Positions 1 to 12,440 of a stretch of 64,000 nucleotides of DNA are shown piece after piece. How positions within the stretch are numbered: the first letter of the stretch is position 1; each line of letters opens with the position of its first letter. The stretch covers positions 8,528,358 through 8,592,357 of the forward strand of contig MU054187.1 of the NCBI GenBank assembly GCA_013239625.1, read 5' to 3'. The position numbers were made by a program, and so were the translations under genes. Below the pieces are notes generated by a model. That model saw only the letters and a program-made list of their open reading frames with translations. It did no database searches and was not told the DNA's origin. The DNA is from Lama guanicoe (lineage: Eukaryota).

Positions 1-2380
1 GTCTACCTTAGATTCACATTGCTCAGACCCAGAGCCGTCTGTGACAGCCTCCCACGCTGGCCTAGGGGGTCGCCAGGGCCTGATGCAGGCGTTCCTGTCC
101 CTCTTCTCCTTCCTGCACATCACACGCCTTCACCTCCCCCTAACGTGGTGCTTGGTAACCCTTCCTACCAAACTCCTCTACCTAACGCAGAGAAGAGGGT
201 TTAAGCTGCATGTGATCTGCTTCTGGCCTTGTACCTGCGGGCTGAAATGATGATAGCTCTTTCCATGCTTTAACTTCAAAATCGAGAAAATATTAATACC
301 CACTAATGCAAAAATAATGTTTTAAATATCTTAGCTCAAATAATTTTCTGCCTCCACCTGACCTCGTGAGTAAAACCAATGCTCTGTGAAAGTATGTCTT
401 GTTCATCCTGGACATTTTTCCCTCCTGGTACAATACCTGAATTTCTTTGGGGGGTACTCATACTTGAAAAGCCATGCCTGAACCCCAACCTGGACTTCCT
501 TTGGGGCATTACACTGGTTAATCAGGACAAGTGCGTTTTAGTCTGTTCTGTCATCGCCTCCACGCCTGAACCTTGGCAGGTGCTGAAATGGCCACCAGGT
601 CTAGGGGAAGGGATTTGAGCCAGACTCAAGGATGTTGGGAGATTAGAACCCTTGTGAAGGCTCAAAAGAAACAAGGGTCTGGGGAGGTGGTGGGCAGAGA
701 AGTAGTGAACAGAGAGGGCATTTCAGAAGTTTGAGCTCTCAGAGGTTAAGTAGTCTGAGTGATGTGTTCAGGTCACAGATGCGGCCAATGTAGAGGGCAC
801 GTTATGTGCAGAAGCAATGACGTTTACCAGAGTTCTGCAGTTTGAGGCTGACAGAAGTGGGACCAGCAGGCAACTGTTAGCTGTCACACTGAAGGACAAT
901 TAATGTGATTTTAGCCACTTTGTGGTGGCCTCCAGCACCTCTCGATCAGTTGTATAAAGTCATCTCACTGACTCTTAAGCACGTATAGTGTATTGTAATT
1001 TTTGTCCCAAAGTGTTTTCTTTTTCATTTCTCAACATGGCTTCTTTTCATATAATAAGGAAGTTATAAGAACGAGACAAGAAATCCAACCCTTTGAAAGT
1101 GGATCAATACCAAGAAAACTCATCTCCATCTGGCACACAGACATTCTGAAACCACAGTTTGGAAACAGATATACCCAGCCTATTGAAAAGTGGTAACTCA
1201 ATGAGGTGCAAACAGTAATGGTTTAATTTTTCTCCAATCACTGCTTTTAACAGTGCTGTTGAGAAACTCTTCCAGGTGTTTTAATGACATCTGCCACAAA
1301 CTTAATTGTTCATGTGTCACTTTAAGGCATAACAATTCCAAACCAGTTTAACCCTATTGAAACCTTTGGTCTTTCATACAATTTTATGTTTCCCCTCCTC
1401 CCCTCTCCCCAGGGTCCGCCAGGCTTCGTTGAGGGATATGGCAGAGGAGGGCGGGGCAAGGCCTGCTCTGGGCATCTCTCCTTTCCTCCTCCCCGACCCG
1501 TCTCCTGCCTCAAGGCCTTTACTTCTCCCTGGTGTTGAGGCACGGAAAGGTCAGGGCTGGAGAAAGCACACATGTATCAGGTGACTCTGGAATTGCACTC
1601 TTAAACATTCAATCAGGGATGGCAACCAGCAGCCATCAGTGCCTTCTGTGTAGAAAACATCCAAGCGCTGACGCTCTTAAGGGGCTCTGTGTGTGTGTCC
1701 CTCCAGGGGGCTGGATAAGGCCTCCCTGCTGCCCAGCTCCTGGGGGAAAGGATGTATTCTTGGAGGACTTCTGACCTCTGAGCCCCCTTCCCTGATGGTC
1801 TACCCCATAGATTTTGCTCCTATATGTCTTTCTCCAGGTGCCTGCGCCTCTTAGATGGGATGGGGGACGCATAAGATGAGTCAAACCTGGTACCTGAATG
1901 GTGTTCATTTGATTAATAAGAAACCCATACACCCTTGCCGCCCCAAAGTGTGTTGATGCGGGCCATTTCATTTTGCCTATTTTCCAGTTCTCTCTCTTCC
2001 CATGGCTCTGCCTCTTAAAGAAGCACAGAGGCAGATCAGCTGGAGAATGAGCTTTCCTTTGTCGGTCCCCTGAATCTCCGTGACTGATTTTCTTGGTGCC
2101 CTCTTTTGGGAAGGGGTACACTCCCCTCCTCTCTTCCACAATGGAAGGGGTGGAAGTGGAGCAGCAGACCTGCCAGATTCTTCCTCCCTGGCCTTCAGCT
2201 TACAAGGCCAGGTGGATGAGGGTCCTGGAGTGACAGCTAATGTAACAAGGTCAATTGGTCACTGCAAGCAGGACGTTGGCATCTTTGTCCTCAGCTTTTG
2301 TTCCTAATCTTCAATTTAAGGGTCACAGGAAAAGTGTCTTCAGTGTCCTGCTAGGTGAAGACAGAAAGAGCTAAAGTACT

Positions 2381-2465
2381 TGTCGTAGTTTGGACTCTCT
2401 ACAGCGGACACTGAGATACAGTTTGGGGTGCAAGGTGTTTATTAAGGATCAATACCTATGAAAGG
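2381..2465 (-). mobile_element. MaLR (MLT1-type) LTR fragment
   Basis: tgtcgtagtttgg...ctgagatacagtttggggtgcaaggtgtttatta resembles the reverse-strand 3' end of MLT1 LTRs, with TTTATT as the antisense polyA signal. Confidence 0.55.
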
Positions 2466-2569
2466 TAACCACTGATTTGTTCTCTGTATCTTAGAGTTAG
2501 AATAACTTTGGTGTCTTCTCTTGCTATTTGTAGGAAAGTAAACTTAAAAAGTAATCATGGTAAAAAGTT

Positions 2570-2658
2570 GAAAGAAAGAAAAGAAAGAAGAAAAGGAAGG
2601 AAGGAAGGAAGGAAGGAAGGAAGGAAGGAAGGAAGGAAGGAAGGAAGGGGAGAAGAGA
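2570..2658. repeat. (GGAA)n/(GAAA)n polypurine microsatellite
   Basis: About 14 perfect AAGG units at 2593-2648 within an uninterrupted purine tract. Confidence 0.97.
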
Positions 2659-2959
2659 CAGACCACACGCACTGTGACTGGGGAGGAGGTTGTCCCAAAA
2701 CCTACAGTGCAAAGTAAAATAGTCACAGTAAGTTCTCTGTAAGATGGGCAAAGCTACCTGAATTTAAATAAACATCACACAGCACATCTCTTCTGAATTC
2801 TGGAGAGAATCGTCTAGGGCACGACTAGCAGTTGTGAAAGCAGTGAAAGTCATTTCCACACGAGCCTTCCAGTGGTGGTCGCCGGGGAATAAAACAAGCC
2901 TGTTACTCTGCTGGGCTTTCCGTGGAAGCTGTGGACAGGTGCTCCAGCTGCAGCATCAC

Positions 2960-3207
2960 GTGAGCTTCCACCCTCGAGCCAGCATCAACTGCCAGTCCTG
3001 TGAGTGAGTCACCCTGAATGCCCAGCCCGTGTTAGATGGCTGTAGCCCCATGGTCCATCTGACCACAAGTGCAGGAGGGACACCCATCCAGAGCTGTCCA
3101 GCTGAAAGCAGTCAAACCACCGAACTGTGAGAAATAATAATAAACTGTCTTTTTAAGCCACTGAAGTTTTGGGATGGTATGTCATGCAGCAACAGATTCT
3201 AGAAACA
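2960..3207 (+). mobile_element. MaLR LTR (MLT1H/I/J-like), 3' part
   Basis: gaactgtgagaaataataataaactgtctttttaagccactgaagttttgggatgg...gcagcaacaga...aca is the typical MLT1 3' end. Confidence 0.85.
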
Positions 3208-3311
3208 CTCATCTGCCGTCCCTCAATCCATCTTTGCTTCGACTAGGTCAGGATATCGCATAAGCTTTTTATTCCTTTATATCCAGTTGTTCGTTAGTGA
3301 CTTTCACAAGC

Positions 3312-3930
3312 TCCTCATTCACTCGTTCACGTAACATTTATTGTAGTGCTGTTATATATTGGGCACTGTTCCAGGGGCTGGAGGTACAGAAGTAGAAACT
3401 TCCTTTCCTTCTCAGATCTTATATCTTAGTGAGGGAGACAAACAAGAAACAAAATAAGATATAAGGGCTAAGAAGTAAAGGGAAAAAACAACAACAAAAA
3501 AAGCAAGCAAGGAGACCATGAAGTGCTGAGGGATGAGCAGAGCTGTGGAGAGTTTACAAAGGCAGGCAGAGAAGGCTTTCCTGAGAAAGTAAGTGAATAC
3601 CTGCAGGAAGCGAGGGAGCGGGCCTCGTGAGCAGCTGAGGCTCGGTGGCGTGCGGCAGGTGGGACGGGGCGAGCCCCGTAGGGGACGGCATCCGGAGGGA
3701 CAGTGCTGGGACTTGTGGCTCTCTGTGGAGACCTGGGCTTTCATGCTGAGTAAGATAAGAATCCACTGAAGAGTTTTACATGAGGAGTGAGGTCACCAGA
3801 CTTCAGTTTAACACAGTCCTTCTGAGTATTGTGTGAGAACAAATGGTGAAGGGGCAGAAGCAGGGAGGCCAAGAAGGAAAGCATGGTGGTCACCCAGGTG
3901 AGAGGTGATGCTGTCTAGGACTGGGGTGGT
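3312..3930 (-). mobile_element. LINE-2 3' fragment
   Basis: cattcactcgttcac...catttattg...gggcactgttccaggggctggagg and ccactgaagagttttacatgaggagtgagg...ggtcacccaggtgagaggtgatg match the antisense L2 3' end. Confidence 0.85.
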
Positions 3931-3940
3931 ATGTGATGAG

Positions 3941-4356
3941 TGTCACAGGTCTGTGAGTTGATTTTACCCTACTTACAAGGTAATATATTAAACTGTAACT
4001 GTTTCACAGATTCTGGCAGAAGACATGAGACTCTTGGGTCAGAGACAGAGGACTTTATTACTCATGGCATAACAGCAGCATGAGCTCCATGTTTGTGTTG
4101 GTTCCCCTTGTCCTGCCAAGTCCCTTGGAGGAACGCGGATGGGCCCAGATGAGTGCCCCGTGATTGGTGGGCATGTGTCGCAGCTGAGGGACACCAAGCT
4201 CAGGAAATCCATCTCTTTCACAGCAGCAGGCAGTAAGCAGACCTGCTCTTTATCCCGGAGGGTGACATTGCTCCATCCCTTCAGGGGAAGAACGTACAGG
4301 GCCTCCCAGGCGGGCTGCCTGGCAGGGTGAACGGAAGAGTAGCCAAGTCCTCAACA
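3941..4356 (-). mobile_element. ERVL-type solo LTR
   Basis: Begins TGT and ends CAACA. Contains ctggcagaagacatgagactcttgggtcagagacagaggactttattactca, an antisense LTR U5/polyA region. Subfamily not assigned. Confidence 0.75.
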
Positions 4357-5229
4357 TATTTTTAAAATAAAGTTATAACAAGATTTCTCTGGGGGCTTTG
4401 TTTGTAAGACCTTTTTCTAAATGATCAACCTCTTATTAGTTTACCTCGCTTGAGAACAATTTCTCCTGCAAGCTTCGGGGGTACCTTGTATTTGCTTCCA
4501 GTATGTTGACTACACCTCACCCCACCCAGCTCTAAACTTAAAAATAGTACATCTGGTCACAACATCCTTGAAGATCCTCAGAGGAAAGAACAGGTTAACA
4601 TCTGAATATTCTACTTTGTCTCCAAGTTGTCAACTAGGAAGGTAATGCACTAGATGACATCGTTTATAAAAAGTAGAGAAATTATAACTCAGTTTTTTCG
4701 AACTCCGGAAAACATTATTTCCTTGTTGCAGATTCTGCTACGTGTATCATCAGCTCCCAAAGGAGATCTGCTTTCAAACTGTGTTTTGCATTTGTGCAGA
4801 TTTCCAATTATAACCTTCTGGAACTTTACCGGAGATTCAGATATCCAAATTTGTAAGATAACACTTGCATTATCTTTACTTTATCAAAGAACCCGAGGTG
4901 TAATCTTGTTATATCATGCACCTTACATTTTTTTAATAACGAGGATGATTAGAATATTCAAGTTGTAGCAAGCAACATTTCAGCAAGCCAAGGTGTGCTT
5001 TGGACTTCTTAAATTAGTTTCTCAGCCTGAGTAAGTGTTTTAGTTCTCCAGATTACACTTATACATAACCAGTGAAGAATAATTAAAGCTCAAAGTGCCG
5101 GAATGATCAGTAGAAAGCCTAATTATGTATTCCACTGAAACATGCGGTACCGACAGAGCGTTCCTTCGTGGTACTGTTTCCATACTGACCACAGGTTGGA
5201 CTCACTCAGTGCCTGGAATACAGCGTAAA

Positions 5230-5356
5230 GAATATGAACACCTGGGCCCCAGTCTTGGAAATTCTGATTTAATTGGCTGTGAACGGGCCCAGGCATTAGT
5301 ATTTTTTAAAAAGAGCTATAGGTGAATATATGTTCAACCAGGACTGAAAACCACTG
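5230..5356. mobile_element. MER5-type hAT-Charlie MITE fragment
   Basis: ctgggcccc...aaattctgatttaattgg...ggcccaggcattagtatttttaaaa...gaaaaccactg, ending in the MER5-type terminal repeat. Confidence 0.8.
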
Positions 5357-5667
5357 CGCTACTGAATTCCCAAATCCCTCTCCCCCAAATTCAGCCGTTG
5401 CTCCCAGTGTAATGTGTCATTAGACAGACTAGAAATAAAATAGTTCTCGGAGGGAGGCAGTTCTTAAATATCCTGAGTCTTTTCTTCTTCATCTTTTTTT
5501 TTTTCTTCACAGAACTTCAGTAATTCGTGTGCCCTTCTTGCTCGTTCTCTCTGTGTGCCCCCAAACTTCCAAATCTAAAAACACCTGTCCACACAAACTG
5601 TAGTATCTTCCAGATATTAATGATGGGACCCAGACCCTATCTAGCTGCAGGCCCCTTTACCACTTCT

Positions 5668-5842
5668 GTTAACTGAATCCAACCTGGGTTCACTCGCTTG
5701 TGTGCTCAGTAAAGCCAATCCGCTGGCCCCGGGCTGCGGTGAAGGGAAGTGCAGTGTTTATAGCAGGGCGCCCAGCAAGGGGTCCAGGCCAGCTAGTGCT
5801 CAAAACACCCCAGCTCCCAGATGGGTTTCAGCAAAGCGTTTT
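5668..5842 (-). mobile_element. ERV1-type LTR fragment
   Basis: tgttaactgaatcc...cagtaaagccaatc...ggtgaagggaagtgcagtgtttatagcagggcgcccagcaagg resembles the antisense end of a laurasiatherian ERV1 LTR. Confidence 0.7.
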
Positions 5843-6639
5843 AGTAATTCACTCTCTTCCCCTCTGAAGAATGTCTTTGTTTGGAAAGACATTTCTTTCC
5901 TAAAAGAAATTCCAGTGACAGTCGTTGTGATAATATAAACCACATAAAAAGAAATTTGAACAAGATCGATACACACATACACACACATATATATAATCCT
6001 CTTATAAATACCAAGCAATTATTTTTCCTTAAAATATTTTGCTAAGATAACATCTTATTGGTCTGTCTAAAAATATTTTTCAGAATTTTAAAATAGAATA
6101 TTAAATGGCAAAAACCCATGGAATTTGACTGTCTTGGGTCATATATAAACAACCTGGAATTGTTTGGAGTTTTATATTTTTTATTTCAACTTAAGTAAAG
6201 GCAGATGCAGCTAGTGTGGAGATTTATGCGAGAGGAACTCCTGTGGCCTGGCACCAGCTACAAACGTCTCTAGTCTCTGCATTTGCTGTTTCCATGAGTG
6301 CCTAGATCCTTTGAAAATTGAAATTCAGTGACAGAGGAAGCTCCTAGCCATAGAGTGACAGTAGAATTGAAAGGTCTGGTAAATAAGAGAAACTGTGTCA
6401 CCTGAAAAGCTCATTTATGCCAAGAAGAATAAACCATGGTTAGAGAGTTGGAGCGTGCAGTGATGTATGCCTGTGATGACACGGTATACTTTGTATCTGT
6501 GTGCTCTGTTAGCAAGAAGACAGAGGCTTTCTACCTCTCCCCATCAGATACAGTCATGGCTTTGTGTCCTAAACAACAAGGGAGAGAGGAGAAAGAGTGA
6601 GCAGGGGATGGGCTGCTGGCAGTGATGGTGTTAACACGT

Positions 6640-6850
6640 ATTTTAAGATTGCGGCTTCAGAAACCAGACCCCCTGAGTTCAAATCTCAGTTCTGCCTCTT
6701 AACATCTGAATGATCTTGGGCAACTTGCTTAACCCATTTATGTCTATGTTTTATCTGTGAAATGAAGATAATGATAATTCTCGCTTCTCAGAGGTCTTGT
6801 AAAGATTAAATTAATACATGTAATACACTTAGCTCTCAGTACTGTTACTG
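6640..6850 (+). mobile_element. MIR SINE
   Basis: gagttcaaatctcagttctgcc...atcttgggcaacttgcttaacc...atctgtgaaatgaagataatgataa is the MIR B box and core. Confidence 0.9.
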
Positions 6851-7247
6851 AAGACCTAAATAATACAGGTAAGTATAGTTAGTGTATTCTATGTCATTAC
6901 TTAGCTATTATCACAAAAAAATTTCACTGACCCCAGGGTTGATACCAACGGAAATTTCAGTTCATGTGGGCAGAATCTGATACATCATATTCCCTCACCT
7001 CTGCAGCTAATAATACCAATTAACAGAAGTGACATCTCTTATTATCCAAGAGGCGAAATGTTATCTTCAATTTTCATGTCACAGAAAATTCCCTCACACT
7101 TCCTACAGGGGATTCACGTACTTTAAACGAGAGTGAAAATCCTGAAGAAGACATCTGTTTTGTCTTATGTGTTTTGTGTGTCTTTATATTCCCAGTGATA
7201 GCATGCACTTTTTGTGTTTTCTAGCCACAAGTACCGATAATATTGCA

Positions 7248-8010
7248 GTCACATTTTCCTCTGCATTAAACATCTGGTATCAACAGAAGAAACAAGAAAA
7301 AGACATGATTGTACTGTCAGAGTTAATAATTCAGGACTATTAATCCGCTCTCATAATCATCTATAGTATATCGTGCATAAATGACCCTTGTGAATTTTTC
7401 TCCCTCGTGTCACTTAGTGAATTTTATAACTAGCATTTAAAAACACACACAAACATTTAGTCAGGTGCATGGTTCTCACTCATCTCTGATGCTGCTTTGT
7501 AGAAACTGGTTTTGAGTACTTAAGAGAAAAAGCTTATCATCACCCTCACTGAACCAGTGCTGAACATCAGCTCAATGGCAAATGACCCATGACCCCGAAA
7601 TAATGTCCTTGCAGGTGGGAAAGTTCCATTGACACCGGGAAGGGGCAATCTCTAACCAGCTGTCGTGGCAGGAGGCCACTGCAGCCCTCTTGCCTCCAGT
7701 GCATGCAGAAATCAGGCATAACCATGTTTGGAGTTTAGTATGGTTTCAGACTTACAGCCACCCTTCTGTTTAAAACCAATTCTAGATTTTGGCTTCTGCC
7801 TGCTGTATTTCATGTTCCGCACAGTAATTTTCTTTATTTTGCTGAATAGCATTGACTTCTGCTGCACTGTCACATTTTACTATGCATTAAGCATCTGGTA
7901 TCAACAGACTAAACAATGCAGAGAGCAGGATTATGCTGTCAGACTTAATAATTCAGAAATATTAACCAGCTCTCATAATTATCAGTAGTTCTTCATGTAT
8001 AATTGGCCCT
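7248..8010 (+). repeat. Diverged direct repeat pair (7248-7388 and 7869-8010)
   Basis: Manual alignment gives about 114/142 identical positions with one gap and a perfect 17-bp block catctggtatcaacaga. Confidence 0.92.
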
Positions 8011-9419
8011 CAATGTACATTTTGTACTTCTGTGTAACTCTCTGCCTACCAGTATAAGGTAATAGTGTGTAATCTTTCATGTAACTAACAGAGTTAATTT
8101 GGTTAAATGAAATCAATTTATCAGAGATAATAGCTCCTTACCACACACACAAAAAAAAGGTTAACCACACACACACTCAAACATCTATGTACACACCTTA
8201 CCAAACAGCAATTTTAAAACCACACAACACACACTGAAGTTGCATACAGTAACAGATGAGGAATACTTGGCCTTCAGCAAACTTGAGAAAGGAGGACAGT
8301 AAGCCACGTTCAAGAAGACCTTGCCTGTGATGTTAATGTCTGTGGTTCAGTTCACTGCAAGCTTCAGTTTGAGACTGTTCGCTTCCCGATTTAATTAAAC
8401 GTATTTGTCATCTGCTGTGACTCCTCACCTGTAATGCTGCAGGACTGTTCAAGATGTGCTTCCTACTTGGTCTTAAATAGCTTTACTGAAATTTCAGCCT
8501 GTCATTTCCAGTGGAGGACAGACCGGTGTGTAGCATCTTAAGCTGAGGAACTGGACAAAAGTTATTGTTCCTTTAACATCCTCATTTGAGAATTTCTAGT
8601 TGAACGTCGGTCTAGGGTGTTGATCCTCGACAAACTTCTCCTTAAATATCTCACTAATTGATGTTAAGGTTTTCCACGCTGCCGCGGTTTCCCGGTGTGT
8701 CCTTTTGCTCTCGGCTGCCGTTTCTTGTGATTGTCAGTCTATCTTGAGAGGGGGGACGGCTTTTCCCTCCGTGATTTTTCTGCCATTTCTGTGAAGTGAA
8801 CTTTGAAACAATACAAAGACACTTGCTGAAAGCAAGAGCTGCAGAGGAGTGAATGTGCACTGAGGGTGAAGAGAGGTTTACGGGTCAGCAAAGTGAATGA
8901 ATTTCCATGAGCTTTCTACTCTTTATGTCCCTGGACAGGGTCAGCGTATTTTTTGGTTCCTTTCTGTTTCTTAACTGTGTTCAGATGGATAAAGTTTGCT
9001 GATATCTGAGCTCTGCACAGGGGAGATGGAGTGTTTTTTTTCGTAAAGGAAGACCTTTCATGTGGTGAAGGATGGATCCAGTGAGAGTGTTATCTGAAAG
9101 TGGCTGTTCGGTGACTGCCCCTAATCAGAGCGTGTCCGCCTGTGGCTCCCGAAGGCATTCTTAGAAGGAATGGAGGAAACCCGTATAACAAATACCATTT
9201 CCTATCTGATTTCTTAAATATTGGTTGCATAAACTAGCTCTTTTCATCTGTATAATAAGGTTCCTTGTGGAAAGAAAAAGAGGGAAGTTCTGAGGGTGTA
9301 GGGTGTGTGGCTTTAGGGGTCAGAATGTGGAAGTAGAAGATGTTGAGGAAGAACAAGCTCATTTATTTTAGCAAATCTAACTCCTGAAAAAAGTGAAATA
9401 ATACTTCATGAAGAGAGGT

Positions 9420-9550
9420 ACTTACCCTGTTTGAGACTCAGTTTCCTCATATGTAAAATTAGAATAATGGCACTCAAGTAGTTGAGGTTTTCTGAGGATT
9501 ACGTTTGCTACGTAAAGCACTAAGCATGGTACATGATAAAGGCTCTGTAC
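9420..9550 (+). mobile_element. MIR fragment
   Basis: ctcagtttcctcatatgtaaaattagaataat...gaggatta...gtaaagcactaagcatggt. Confidence 0.85.
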
Positions 9551-9954
9551 AGTTGAAGTTTATAGACTCCCATTTTCCTAGGATACATTGAACATTAGTG
9601 CGCAAGTTAGATGTAACCCTTTTTCTATTAGCATATTGTGACTAAAGTAAATGATTAAATATCACTGTCTAATATGAGATGAATAGTGAATTCAAAAGAT
9701 TCGTTTTCCTTTAAACAAGGGCTTTAAAAAGTTTTGTTTTATGAAAAGCAATTTGATTGCAGCCTGGAGCTAATGTAATATTTCCCCAAAGAATTTAATC
9801 AACAGGGAAACATTTAAGACCTGATTTAGAGGGGAAAACTTCAGGGATACATGTTGTAAAATAGCAAAATCTTAAGGCTTCAAATGTGATTCCTGATGCA
9901 CAAGTGGCAACAGAACTCCTAAAAAGAGACAATAAATCTGGATAGTTTATTTAT

Positions 9955-10550
9955 AAAACCACTTTGTTTCTGTTTCTTCCTATATGCCAAGCAGTGTACT
10001 AGGGACAGAGAGTACAAATACAAAGTAAGACATAACCACCGCCGTCCAGGTGACAGACGTAATGGTGCCTATTTATAAAAGCCACTTAAATGCGGTGATA
10101 GAAATAGGCACGAGTCTTTCTGGACCACGGACAAAGTGAGCCTGACTTGACCAAGGATGAGAGGAGCTTCCTGAAAGAGGTGCCGCCTCTGCTGAGTCTC
10201 ACAGAAGTAGACGAAGATGCAGAAGGCGTTCCAGACGGAAAAGAGACTTGAGCAAAGGCATCGGTGGGACGTGGACTATGGAACTGAGAGCAAGAGCAAG
10301 ACATGGGGTCAGATCATGCAGAACTCTTCATGCCAGGTCAGGGAACTTACGTCAGCCTGATAGGCAGATGAGTGTTTAAAGGTTTCATCAGAGTATCCAA
10401 TCAGTCAGATTTGCATTTAAAGTAAAACTCACTCTGGCATTTGTGTGGGGGACAAATTTAACAAAGATTTTGAGGACAATATAGTGGAAGGATTACCATG
10501 CGTTAACTTTAGGTGATGAAAAATGAAGACCTGAATTAGGAGAGTGGTAT
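9955..10550 (-). mobile_element. LINE-2 fragment
   Basis: cctatatgccaagcagtgtactaggg, gagcttcctgaaagaggtgccg, gggtcagatcatgcagaactctt and gtcagatttgcatttaaag are antisense L2 landmarks. Confidence 0.8.
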
Positions 10551-11019
10551 GTAGTACTGAACCAATATATTGTTACTCATTCATGATACACATGGAAAGA
10601 CATACATACACTGTTAGCTACTGGAGCACTATTTGTAAAGTTGGACACAACCCTAGTGTTTTTGTTTAATGCCCAGCTTTGGATATGTGGAATCTTGTTA
10701 ATTCCCATGACAATGACTGGGAGTAAGTGGAAGAATCAGTAAATCTGACTTCTTCAGGTTCTATTCAACCATTTCATGTTGAGTTCCCTCTTGCTTAACA
10801 ACGGTGATGTTGCTGCTTTGTAGAGCAACTTCAGTCAGGACGCAGGCCGAGGGAAGAGACGATACTCCTTGGCAGGTTAGCCCCATATCATTATCTTAGC
10901 CTGTGCTCACTGCTCGCAGAGAGTCCCCAGGGCCAGTTGCTGCACATTAAGAATAAGGCGAATATGTTGACCATCAGTGCTAGCCTTAAATTTTGCTCTG
11001 AAAATTCTATCCACTCTAA

Positions 11020-12440
11020 TAAGACAAAAATATATAATGAGTATAGATACTGGAAATTAGCTGATAATTATCTTTATTATTTTTCTTTTTGTTAAACATA
11101 AAGGAATCAACTGTAATAACTAGTAGAATGAATATGGTTCAGTAATGCGGCAGGTTATAAAGTACAATGGATTCTTAAAAAATGCAGGGGTTAGGGACAC
11201 TGACCCTCAGTTCATTGAAAATCCACATGTAACTTTATAGTAGGCCCTCTGTCCTCCTATCTGTGGTTCCACATTCACGGATTCAACCAGTGGTGGATTG
11301 TGTGGTGCTGTAGTATGTCATTTATTGAAAAAGAATCTGTGAATAAGTGGTCATTCACGGTTCATATCCATGTGGTTCAAGGGTCAACTGTAATTATAAA
11401 AATCTTGAACTTACTGTATATTAGCAATAATCACCCCAAAATAATGAGAAACCACAATGGGATCGTTCCTAGCAACAATCAAAATGTAAAATATTTAGGA
11501 TTAATTTATCAAAAATGGGTAGAAATTATGTAAAGAAAACTGAAATTTCTTACTATGCATGATAAAAAGAGTTGAAAAAATTAAATGAAATACAAAGTTT
11601 CTGAATTAGGTGATTTACTATTTTTAATATGTGAATTCCTGACCAAATTATTCATAAAGTCATGTGAACATGATGAGGATTCTAATGGGTGAGATTTTAG
11701 AATGTAACACAATTATTCTCAATTTTTTTTGGTCAGTAAAACCATGATTCTAAATTGCCGAGGCAATTTTGAAAACAGAAACCAATAAGGTGTAATTCCT
11801 CTAAAAGATAGTAACATTTATTTTGAAACAATCGTGATCCCACTTTTTTTTTTTTCTTACTGGTATTGCAGTGAGACAAATCAGACCAGAACAGTATGCA
11901 CAGGTGTGTATTGAGGATCACTAGTATATAAGTTGTGTAAATTAATCAGGACTGTTCAAGACTTTTCATTTACTGCTATACATTGTGAATTTCTAAGGAG
12001 TTGTTATACAATATGGTTCTCAGGCTTATTTGACCTCAGAATTCTTTTTAAAATACATCTTCCAAGATAAATCTTCTTACAAATTTGAAGAAAGCTGGAA
12101 GGAAAGCAGACGCACGTTTGTATGTATAACACTTTGAAGTTTCACGAAGGGGATACCTCAGTTCATTTGGGAAAGGATCGATTCAATAAATGGATAAAGT
12201 TAGGTAAAATTTGGAAGTGAATTTCTGCTTATTAACGTTCATATTTAAAAACTAAAACCATAAACGTTGTGGAAGACATTAGCATGAATACATACTGCTA
12301 AAAGCAGCTGAATAAAGGTCCAACTTCAATACCATCCTCAATTATCAAAGAAGCTAAATTGATACATATTTTTTGACTTGAGATTGGCTAAGATTAAAAA
12401 TATATACCCTGTATTCATATACTCATAAAATCGGATCACA
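11020..12440 (+). mobile_element. Old L1 (L1M-type) ORF2 remnant, interrupted by MER8
   Basis: Degenerate L1 ORF2 3'-half landmarks such as aaaatatttaggattaattta, tttgggaaaggatcgattcaataaatgg and ttgagattggctaagattaaaaa. Confidence 0.7.
11165..11390 (-). mobile_element. MER8 (Tigger-derived MITE)
   Basis: TA target duplications flank caatggattcttaaaaaa...ttcaagggtcaactg (degenerate TIRs). Internal ggggttaggg...gaaaatccacatgtaacttt...cacggattcaacc matches MER8. Confidence 0.88.

Noticed and set aside
1059..1191. Plus-strand open frame between AG and GT (EVIRTRQEIQPFESGSIPRK...)
   Set aside because: Weak acceptor (ataataag), no partner exons and no recognisable peptide.
1636..2139. 167-aa minus-strand ORF
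   Set aside because: GC-richer patch, non-ATG start, and no family similarity or exon structure.
4654..4968. 104-aa ATG ORF in unique AT-rich DNA
   Set aside because: No recognisable domain, promoter or splice context. An ORF of this length is plausible by chance in 64 kb.
5143..5176. Short hairpins here and at 25670-25690 and 31180-31255 as possible pre-miRNAs or terminators
   Set aside because: The stems are only about 8-11 bp or heavily mismatched, too short for a pre-miRNA. The 31.2 kb one lies in an L2 relic.
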